Assembly: GCA_013265495.1 (NCBI GenBank)
Contig: MU062133.1
Span: forward strand, 23,119,623 to 23,183,622
From: Vicugna vicugna
Taxonomy: Eukaryota
DNA length: 64,000 bases
Reading direction: 5' to 3'
Positions 47,058 through 59,000 of the stretch are shown here, one piece after another. The translations under genes and the position numbers were made by a program. Below the pieces are notes generated by a model. It had not been told where the DNA came from. It searched no databases and saw only the letters and a program-made list of their open reading frames with translations. Each line of letters begins with the position of its first letter. The stretch's first letter is position 1.

Positions 47058-50000
47058 GTATGTCTAGTTTATTCTTCATTCACTGATTCACCAAACTTAT
47101 TTACATCAAATATAGTATATGCTAGGTTTTGGAGTTATAAGAGATAAAATATACCCTTGACTTTAAGTTAGCTTTAACCTAGTGAGAGATACTTGAATAA
47201 TCAGACAATCATGATAGATACGGTATATGCTATGATAGATCATTGTGTAGAGTGTTATGGGAGCCCAGAAGAAAATTTAATGAAGAGTTGTGGTGGGGTG
47301 TGGGGATATGGTCAGGGAATATTCTTGGAGGGTGTGAAATCTAAGGCTAGTCCTAATGGACCAGTGGGAGGAGATCCATATCAATAGACAGATCTTCATT
47401 TTTTAAACAGTTACGTTCTAGTAAGAGGTAGTATAATGCAGAGGTTTTCCAAGTATCATCTAGGGACTCTTTCAGAGAGTCAGCAAGGTCAAAACCATTC
47501 TTATAGTAATACTAGAATGTTATTTGCCTTTTCACTATCATTCTCTCACAAGTGTATTGTATAATTCTTCCATAGGCTACATGACTTGTGATATATGATG
47601 AAACATGTCAGCATTGAAAAGGTGTACATAACTCATTGAACCAGTGTTTCCCAAATGACCAACTCATGATGTTACAAAATCACTGTTGAGTAAAAGATTC
47701 AAATGCAGAATAGACCAACGGCTTTTAATACAGTTTCTGATTCCACATTGCAGCTAACCTTTAAGAAGCTTGTCAAGTTTTGGTGTCACATCAAAAAACA
47801 GTTTACACAGTTTGAAGAAGCTGTTAAGATATGCTTTCCCTTTTACTCAATAAATATAAGGCTGGATTTTCTTTATATATTTTAACCAAAACAACATACT
47901 ACACCAGACTGAATGCTCAGGCAGGTATGAGGATCCAGCTTCTCTTAAGCCAGACATTAAAGCAGTTTGCAAAAATGTAAATCAGTACCACTGTCCCCAC
48001 TAAACTTTCATTCGTTTGGAAAATATACTTATTTTTCCTTAAATAAATATTATGTTACTTATGTTAACATTAAATGGGTTATTTTTTAAATGAATTAATT
48101 TTTTAAAAATTTTCTATTTGAATTTCTAATATGATAAATATCAATAGGTATAACCTACATAAACTAAAGTCCTTTGGGCTCTCAGTGATTTTTGTGTGTG
48201 TGTGTGTGTGTGTAGAGGGATCCTGAGACCTGAGAACTGTTTCATAATCTATTTACTGTTCTTTATTGATGACCACTTATACTGCTTCAGTTTTCAACGA
48301 TAATTATGCCACATTAAACATCCTTTTACCCATCTAAGCAAAGTGCTTCAACCTGATGACAGTTGGATCCTGCATGCACCTAATACTCTTGTCTCTAAGA
48401 AATAAGTGTGAACCATTAGATTTTTATTCAGTTCATAGTGAATATTACTGATAAAAATATTCTGAAATAAAATTACATTAGTTTAAACCTTACATGGTAA
48501 AATTACAGATGAACTGATTCAAAGTCACATCTTACAGGTGTCATTGAAAACTGCAGAAATTGTTAGGTTGGAGACTAGACTTGGTAGATACAATCTATGC
48601 AAAATAAAATTGACAACAGTTAAAACTGCACCCAGAAGAATAGGACATGGTAGAAATAATGGTCAAAGAAGGAAAAACAAATTAGCAGCCGCCATAATCA
48701 ATACAGTCTGCTCTAGACAAAAAGTAATGATTCAGAACTTTGCTGTAAATTTTGCATAGAAAATAATCTTGATGAAAATAATTCAGAGAAATGGAAAAAA
48801 GTTGGAAAGGAAACAACTTTGCCATTTTAAAATTGAATCAAAGAATTTAACTAGCTTAATGAGTTTATTCTGTAAAACGTTTGCTCAGCAACAGCAAAAA
48901 CCCTCAATACTAGGCTAGTTCTCCCTATTCATGAACTTGCTTTTCCCAAGACTACTTCATCTCAGTGGATGGCAATTCTGTCCTCCCAACTGCTCAGGCC
49001 AAAATTTCATACTCCTCCTCAACCCTTCTTTCCTCATATTCTATATCGAATTCATCATCACATCTTGTCACCTCTCCCTTCATAAAATAATCCAAATCAA
49101 ATAATTTTTCACCCCTAGCATGGCAACTACCCTGATCTCAGCCAATATGTCTGCCTATACACAGTTCCCAAATGCTGCCAGTTATCTGTGCAATAGCATC
49201 CTTTCTGGTCTTCCTTAATTCTATTCTTGAACATTCATAGTCTGGTCTTGACACTAAATCTAGAATGATCCTTTTTGCAAAAGATCCTGTCCTCTGCTCT
49301 GTAAACACTCCAGTGGATCTCCATGTCACACAGTAGGAACTCAGACTTTGTATGGCCTACAAAGTCCTATTCAGTCTGGTCCCTGCTGACTCTCAGCTCC
49401 CACCTCCTACTACAGATCCCTCTCTTCCATTCTCTTTCACTCACAAAACTCTTGCTGTACCTCTTGCCTCAGATGTGTTGAACATACTTCTGCACCACAG
49501 GCTTCCTCTACCTGGGGTGCATTTCCCCTAGCCAATCCTAAGCCTTGGTCTGCTACTTCACTCAGGTCTTTGTAAAAATGTCATCTTCTCATCATCCTCA
49601 TTTTGTCAATGACTCTCACCTTCTCCTGCTTTATTTTACTTCGTAGTACTTCATACTATGTGGCAATATTATTGCTTATTTGGGTTTTATCTGCCTTTCC
49701 TCACTAAAAGCTTTATGAGAACAAAGATTTTGTTTTGTTTATTGCTGTATCCGGGGACCCAGAACAAACTGTTCGGCAAATAGAATACACTCAGTATATG
49801 TTTGTCTAAATGGAAGATGGAAGGGAAGGGGAAGAAAAGAATGAACCAAAATAATGAGGTCCAAATGTTCTTACTATTATATTTTTATTTGTACATTCAT
49901 TTATTTCTGTAGGATAATATGTCATGGAAATAGAATAGCATGCTAGATTAAAAGATGTGAGTGTGTGTGTACACGTGTGCGTGCGTGTGCATGTATTATA

Positions 50001-53000
50001 TTGAACATATGTATATAAAGGTATGCTTTTCGACTCTGGCTTTGTCTGAAAGAATGAGAAAATTGGGTCCTTAAGGAAGAAAAAGTATTGAATTGATTAC
50101 TAATGACACGATTGTGTTAGATTGTTACTGAGCAGCAAACTGGCCAGAAAATCCAGATTGTGACAGCACTTGATCATAATACCCAAGGCAAGCAGTTCAT
50201 TCTGACAAATCACGATGGCTCTACTCCAAGCAAAGTCATTCTGGCTAGACAAGATTCTACTCCAGGAAAAGTTTTCCTCACAACCCCAGATGCAGCAGGT
50301 GTCAACCAGTTATTTTTCACAACTCCTGATTTGTCTGCACAACACCTCCAGGTAAATAACTAGAGTTTATTTTTATCTTACACTTGAAAAAAATTAAAAG
50401 TTTGTCATAAATTTAAGTCCTGACACTAAGACTTTATGTCATACATGTTCAGTAGGAAAAAAATCTTGGCGTAAAATTATGTGCTGCCCTCTTGTATGGG
50501 CCACAATACTGTTCCTCACACCCATGTGTTTTGGGGGTGGAGTTTAGTTGCATACAGTAAGATCCACTCTGGCTTTTTTGACCAAGAAAGATTTAATAAA
50601 AAATATAGAGAGCTCATAGAACTGTTAAGAAGGCTGAAGAAATAGTTGTAGGTCAGCTTTCCAAGAATAACTACTGGAGCATGCCTCAGAAGTTGCTTCT
50701 ATGTGACCTGATGCTTCTGCACAGTTAGGAAACTTCTAAATCTATCTATACAGAATTCTGTAGCTGCAGTTTTCAAGACCAAGCTTCCTGTGCCTCAAAC
50801 AAACAGCTGTCAAATCAAGAAATTGTTAATAGCTGCCAGCTTTGTCACTTTTGATTCCTCTTTTGTCATCTACATCTTCATCTTCATTGATGTAGCAAGC
50901 ATCAGTAAAGGTCTGCTTTAACATTGGAACTCAGTCGTGTAGATTAACTTTACATCATTTAAATTTTTGCTAGTTATACATTATTTTTCAGAGTTTAAGG
51001 CTTTTATGCACTGCACTTCTATGGTTATGTAACTACTTTTACCATTGGTTGCTATGATTGAATACAAATACAATGAACCTTTAAATTTGCCTCCAGAGAC
51101 CTTGGCAGGGAGTATCCACTTAAAATTGGATTCATATTTTGTGATGAAAAACGGATTAAAGAAAATTCCTTTTGGGATTAAACAACTCCAAATTTGTAAG
51201 ATGCAAAATTTTGCCTATAATCCTGATAGATTCTGTTATTCTTCCAATTACATAATTTGAATTATTAGAAACAGTTAAGGTAGAAAATTGACAGGATACA
51301 TAAAGTTATTTTATCAACAAGACAGAAATCACCCCAAAAAAGTATAACATTATCCATAATTAAAAATTTTTTATTAACAGACTTGATATTTTAGAACAGT
51401 TTTATATATACAGAAATATTGAGCATTTAGTATAGAGTTCCCTTCCCAGCACACAATTTCTCATATTAACATTTTACATTAGTATGATACATTTCTTATA
51501 ATTAATGAACTAGTTGTATTTATTAGCTAAAATCCATAGCTTTTCCTAATTTTTACCTAATACCCTTTTTTGCTCCAGGATACCATGTTACATGTAGTTT
51601 TCACGTCTCCTTGGACTCCTCTTAGCTGTGATAGTTTCTCAGACATTCCTTGTATTTGATGATTCTGACAGTTTTGAGGTGTACTGGTCAGGTGTATTAA
51701 AAGTTGCTGTACTGTGAGACTTTGGCTGATGTTTTTTTCATGGTTTGACTGCGGTAATGGGGTTTAGGAAGGAGGATCACAGAGGTTAAGTGCTATTTTT
51801 ATCGTATCAAGGGTACTTACTGTCATCATGTTTTACAACTGGTGACTTCACCTGGCTGATGTAATGTGTGTCAGATTTCTCCACTGTGAAGTTACTCTTT
51901 TTTTAAAAAAATTTCTCTATTTAAAAAATAAAGATAGTATTGGTACTTTGCCTACTTTATGGATTGTCTCTAAGAGCAATAAAAGAGAAACAGGTATAGG
52001 GTGGAATTCCCCTTGGCCAAGAAGATATGATTTCTGGTCTAGTGACCTAAAATGGGTTGTGGACAAGTCCATTAACCACTCAGTGTCTCTTCAGCCCTTA
52101 GGAATAATAGCAGTAAAAGATTAGCACCATTTGCAATAGATATGCTATTAAAGAAAAGAGCGATACTTATCATAGATGTTTTCGAAAGACATCTAATAAC
52201 AGAAATTGTTTTTTTTTTTTAAGTTTTCATTGAAGATTGATTTTTATGGTGATATAAGAAGAAATGATTCCACTATAACATAGTAAGGGACAGCTATTTT
52301 GACAACTGTTTAAAGTTTTTAAAATCAGAATTAGTCCTAAAGGCATTCATATCTCTAAGAGAAGAATAAGTCAAAGTAGAGAACTACTTTGTGGGTTTTT
52401 TTTAAAGCAGGGAAACGTGTTTGCTAAATGCTATATTGCATTTTTTGGATTGAATTTAATTTGTTCACATTTCAAAAGATTGAAAGAAAATGACAAAAAG
52501 TTTGAAGGATAAACCTAAAAGAAGAAACTAGTATTTCTTTGCCAGTATTATTTTAACTGTAACCTAGTGATGAATTCTTAATATAATTTAAAGAGATCTA
52601 GTAATTTGCCCAAGGCCACCCTACCTAGTCCCCACTAACTTGCTATCATTAACAGACTTGAGTCCATGCTCTCAATCATATCTAACCCAAATCTTAGATA
52701 ACTCAATAAAAAGTTTTACCTTTGTATACCAGTCATATTTCCATAATTGTAAGTAAATGCTTCAACAGATTTTTTTCTTTGTGATTTCTTTCTTTTTAAT
52801 TCTTTTTTTTTTAATATATCTTTTTTTGGGGAGGAATAGGAGGGGTAAGTTAGGTATTTATTTATTTATTTTAATGAATGTACTGGGGATTAAACCCAGA
52901 ACCTTGTGCATGCTAAACATGTACTCTACCACTGAGCTATACCCTCCCCCCAGGTTTTTTTCTTTATAACTCCTTTTCTGTTTAAAAAATTTAGAGTTAG

Positions 53001-56000
53001 CTTTTTATGCTGTTATAGCTTATTTTAATGTCATTCCATTTAGAAATGTTGTGAGTTATGCAAGGACAAATGTCATTATAGGACTGATAACTAGTACAGT
53101 AATTTGATGTGTTCCATATGAATAATAAGTACTTAATGAGCTAGGTGCAGTAAAAAAAATACTCATGTTTGTGTGTTTAAGACTCTTCACTAACTAAACT
53201 GTTACAGAATAAATTTAAAAGGTATTCTTTCTGTCTTTGCTTCTTAGAACATTGAATTTTTTATCTATAAGTAAATTAAGAATAGTTTAATTGATATATG
53301 CATAGGGTTCAAAGTTTCAGAATAATTTACAAGAAAGAAAGCAAAAAATAAGACTGTTCTTTTAATTTTTACATTAAAGTATTAATGAGTAACAACAAAT
53401 TATTTTGTTTTTTTGTTTTGGGGGGGATTTCTTTAGCTCTTAACAGATTCTTCCTCAGAACAAGGACCAAATAAAGTTTTTGATCTTTGCGTTGTATGTG
53501 GAGACAAAGCATCAGGTATTATTAAAAATAACATCCTATACGTGTTGTGTTGTTAAAATAACTACCACACTACCATGTTTCTTCTACTGAAAGTAAAAAG
53601 GAAAATAAAGGAACATGTCATTTTTATGGTTCATACTTGTAGCCTACGAAATTTAACTGATTTTTTTCCCATAGCTTTTTATTCACGTAAGGTTTTTTTT
53701 CACTTGTGTTTAATTTGATCCTGCAGTGACATGAAATGCATATTTCGAAGAATTATGAAAGTTCACTTTTTGAAAGTAAACCAAACGTAGAAATTTTTCT
53801 GAATGTGAAACCAGTTTTGTCAAAGGAATTGCTTAAAAACTAGCTGTAATCCTTGGTAATATTTAATATTAGGTTGTTAAACTACCTTTTGAGCCCTTTT
53901 CTCATTCCAGGAATACAGAGTAATGAATTGAGTTGGAGAAGCTCTAGTTAACCTTATGTAATGCTCTGCATAGCTGAGCAGGCATTTCTTCAAGCCTGTT
54001 TCTAGTACTCAGGGTTATGCCATTTTAGTTCTGGCCGTTGTTCCTTCATGCCAGAAATACACACCCATATTTGCTCATATATATTCACAAGTGCCAGTGG
54101 GATAGTTTTAAGGACCCAGTTTATTTAATACTTTTTATTTTTTACATAGCTTTATTACAAAGACCTCAACTAGAGATTTTCCCAGCCTGTGTTCATTTTG
54201 TTAATAGATGTTGTGTCAAAGAAATGGTTTGTAAAATGATAGGTTTATCAAAGTGTAATAGATTTCTCCAGAAGTTTTAAAAACTGAAACCCACAACAAG
54301 GAGGAATTATTAGAGTTCAAATACTAACTGACATTATATCCTTTTTATGGAAGCGTAGTTTTCAGAATAAAATAACTTTATACAGTGTATAGTAGAACTG
54401 TAGTTTGTAAGTGATTTCAAAAGTGAAAATGGTTTGTATGTTAAATCATGGGACTATGGGTGTTTTCTGTTCTCTTTCCCAAATCTTCCATGCCATTGTT
54501 AAGATTGCTTAACAAAATTTAACTCATTTAATATATTTTATCAGAGAATAAGGTTGTTTCATTCTCTGGTAACTCCAAAAAGAATTTTTTATGTCATAAA
54601 CTCAGAAATCTCAGTTTTGTCTCACATTGTTATTTAAAGGGAAGATACAGGTTTATTTCATTTCAGTTCTAAAATATGTGACTTTTGTTTTTCTTAAATG
54701 TTTTGCCTCTAGGGCGTCATTATGGAGCAGTAACTTGTGAAGGCTGCAAAGGATTTTTTAAAAGAAGTATCCGAAAAAATTTAGTTTATTCATGTCGAGG
54801 ATCAAAGGACTGTATTATTAACAAACACCATCGAAATCGCTGTCAGTACTGCAGGTTACAAAGATGTATTGCGTTTGGAATGAAACAAGACTGTATGTAT
54901 TAGCTTTAAAGGAGAAAATACTTTTAAGGATTCAGGCAAACTCTTAGAACTGTGTTAAAATTAACACAGTTAACATTTTAAAATATGTCAAATATATATG
55001 CTTTTTAATTTAAAGTTTTCCACTAAAAATATAGAAATATGTGTGCATATGTATATATTTTTTATTCATTCAACAAATCTTTATTAAATGCCCATATGCC
55101 AGGCATGTATTTTTGGTTTGAACATGGTTAAAAAAAAAAAAAAGCACAACTAACTAGATACCAGTTTAGTTTTTGATTAAACTACTAAATGATTGATAAG
55201 GTAATGACAATAGCTAATTCTGATTGAGCTCTCATTTTGCTTTACTCTGCATATAGCATATGAATTAGCTTATTCTCACAGCATAATTCTCAGTAGGTAC
55301 TACTGTTACCCATTTACATTTGAGTGAACAGAGATTTAGTAACTTGCCCAAGTTCACACAACTAATAAGTGGCAGAACTTGGATTTGAATCTTGACAGTT
55401 TTGTTTTGTCTCAGAAAATATACATTTAACAACTACAGTGTACTATCTCCTAAGTATCATGAAATAAAATTGCTGTAAGTTAGATGTATTAACCTATATT
55501 TTATAAATGAAGACTAAGCAAGTGAATTACTTCTCAAAAATCTCCCTGCCCTTAACTGAAAAAAGATCTAAGTTGGGTCTTTTGTGGTTCTCTATTGTTT
55601 TCAATTGGTTAAATATTATTTCATTTTTAAAATATTCTTAGATAGATAAGGGACTCCTAACTTCAGTTTTTCCTTCTTGACAGTGAACTTTTGAAAAATA
55701 GTTCTACTATTTTCTGTCACAGCTGGGGCAGGGAGGGAAAAGAGAACAAGAGATGCAAATTGGCTAGGTTTACTATTCTGAAGGAACTTTGTTGAATTTG
55801 CAAATAATTTCTAAAGATTGATAGTTATCTTTAGAGTTCAGTTATTGGTAACCATGTCTTCCATTAACAGCATTGCTGACCGAAAGCTTACATTTATAAT
55901 TGCTATAAATTCTGCATTGTGACATAAGTTTATATGCATTTTTGTAGCTGTTCAGTGTGAAAGAAAACCCATAGAAGTATCAAGAGAAAAATCTTCCAAC

Positions 56001-59000
56001 TGTGCTGCTTCAACAGAAAAAATCTACATTCGAAAAGACCTTCGAAGTCCATTAGCTGCAACTCCAACTTTTGTAACAGACAGTGAAACTGCAAGGTATA
56101 GTAAAAACAATAAAAATACACATATTTTAAGTCACTGGTCATTTATTTTTCTTCCCTGTGAAACGAAGGCTAAATTTGTATTTATTTGTTGCAGGTCAGC
56201 AGGACTGTTAGATTCAGGAATGTTTGTGAATATTCATCAGTCTGGAATAAAAACTGAGTCAGCTGTGCTGATGACACCAGATAAGGTGTGTTTAGTACAA
56301 TTAATTTAAAGCTTAAAATTTTTTAAGCTTCTAAAATTTTTTCCATTTCTCGCCCATCATTTTGGCTAATTGATTTAAATATTCCCTGTTACAAGTTGCT
56401 TTTTTTTTTTTAACACAAATTATCAACTATTTGGTAGTGTCACATGACAAAACTGAAAGAATTTAGTAATGAGTTTGATATCCCTTATTCAAGGGAAAAC
56501 AATCCATGGATTAGCAGAATACAGTGCTCACAAGCAGTGGAACAAACATTCTTCCCGAGGAATTTCAGCAAGAATGAGTTTTGTAGAGCATTAGAAGCAG
56601 CAGTAGGAAATAGGGCTTAAATGGCGAGGAGATCTAGGGTTTTCCTGTAAGGCTATTGGGTACTGTTTTCTAGGGTAAAATGAGCTCGTTAAAGCTGAAC
56701 TGGAGGATTGTGATTGGTGTTAGATTTCCTGACAGATGTTTCCTTCAAGTGCACACTGACGTAGGTTTAGATTTGTGAAGTGGACCAGGTCACTGGAACA
56801 CCCTCCATTTTGCGAGTCCCGATGTACAAAATAACTTTATCAGAAGTGTTCATTATTCCACTAGAACAATTATAGTTTCAACGTGAAAGTGACATTTGAA
56901 AGTCTCTCAGGTTTCTTTCATCTTGAAGTAAAAGTCCTCAGAAATAGAAATTTACAATAAGTGTAAAATTCCTTATATTACTTTTATGTTTTCCTACAGA
57001 TTTTATAGTGCTAAAATACTTAAAATATTTCAAGTGAAATTCCTAGCACACCTCTCAAAACATTAACTTGAGTCGAGTAAGAATAGGATTACAAGAGCTC
57101 TCAAATTATGTATCTAAGTCATTTGGCTTCTCTTAGAGGTTGGAGCAGCTCTTTGAGCAAGAGATCTGAAGTAAAATATGCTTAGATCGAGCATATAGAG
57201 TTTCTGTAGTGTTCAGAAACCCCTTTTGAGAATCAAAAACAAACATTTCTCCTGAAAACTCATACCTCGAAAGAAATTTCACGGAGCCTATGACTGGTGT
57301 TTCTCTCAGCCTATGTGACCTGATTTTATATACCTTATAAGATGATTCATTCCACATATGGCCAGATTTGTTATATATTTGTTGTCTGATACTTTAACGC
57401 ACTTTTGTGCTCTAGAATCAGATTTCATCTGCCACTTACTAGCTGCATAACTGTGAGCAAGTTATTTGACCTCTCTGGTCAGATACGGTTTTCTTCCGCA
57501 TCTGTAAAATAGGGATAAGAGTGTCTACCTTATAGGTTGGGCTGTAGCCTGTTGTTAATCGAGGAGATTTGGTATTATCTTACCATATATTTTGAAATTA
57601 CATAAAAGATTTTGCTTAGCCTTAGCTACATGATCCATGCTTAGAATGGTAGTTGCAATTTCACTGATATATTAACTCTTTTAGGAAAGGAAGAGAACTA
57701 AGTTTTGTTGAGAAATTACTGTTTACCCAGACACTGTACTTTTCTATATGTCTTTATATTAAATTGTATTAACAATCTTGTGTGGTTTGTTTCTGACAAG
57801 TGGTCTCAAAACTGTCAGGTCACAAGATGAGGTCTTTCCACATTAAACATCTAGTTAGATAGACATGGTATGAAATAGAAAAGAGTATATAAGTGTTTAA
57901 GTTTTAGTTGAAAATTGACACCTGAAAATGTTAACTCCTTTTACTCATATGTAAGAAGGCTGAAACAGTGGTTAACAGCACAGGCTTTCCCATCAGACCA
58001 ACCTGATTTCCCATCCTGCCTGCATTATTTACTGCTAGAGTGACAATGGGTAATTTTTCTTGTCAGTAATAAAGAGATGATGATTCCTATTTCACAGGGT
58101 TGTTGTGAGAATCGATTAAGTAAAATTCATATATAAGTAGTAATCATGTAAGAACTCAGTAACTGGTGAATTACTCAGTAAATGATTCTGGGACGATTCA
58201 TTAATTTGGAGAGAGCACGAAAATTATTTGCTTATTCACCAAAGTCAGTTTCACATAAACTAAATAATTGATGTAAGAATTGAAACTCAAAAAAACATAT
58301 GTATCCTCTTAGGATTAAGAACACTAAAAACAAAAACCATAAATGAATAATGAAAAATTAAAATGTCATTTAGGGATCCTGTCGTTAGACCATAGGAGGC
58401 AGCTGAAGAGCCTTTCATTAGGTTAGGATGGCATAATCTGAACTTTTAAAAAAGAATGACTAATGGATTGAAACATTAAATATGTAAAAGTCTATGAATT
58501 TAAAAGGATATTCAGAATTTGTCTGAATGCTGGGGCATTGACTGGTTGCTCTAAAAATTGATAAATAAGAGGGAGAATACTCAAGCACTTACCTGCCTTT
58601 CCTTGTAGAAATTATATTTCTGAGTTGTCAGAGAGTTAAGGAGAGAAAGTTCTTTTTCATAAAAGAACTATAACTAATTCATACATAAAGAATATACACA
58701 TCATTAGCAAAAATAAAAGCTGAAAGCAAATGGGAAACTATGCAATGTATAACAAAAGCCCAGTATCTTAGATATGTAAAGAAATTTTCCAGCTACACAG
58801 TGCCTGATGTTTAATGCATTTAACACAGTGTCTGGTTAAAGTTGGCATCTAGAAGTCTGTTCAATAATATACCTTTTCATTAATAAAATATTAATTTTAT
58901 TACATCCTATATAACTTTACAGTTTATATAAATAGTTTGTATAATAAAGCTAAAAAGAACTTGAAAGATCATCTAATTTAATATCCTTTAACAGAGAAAG

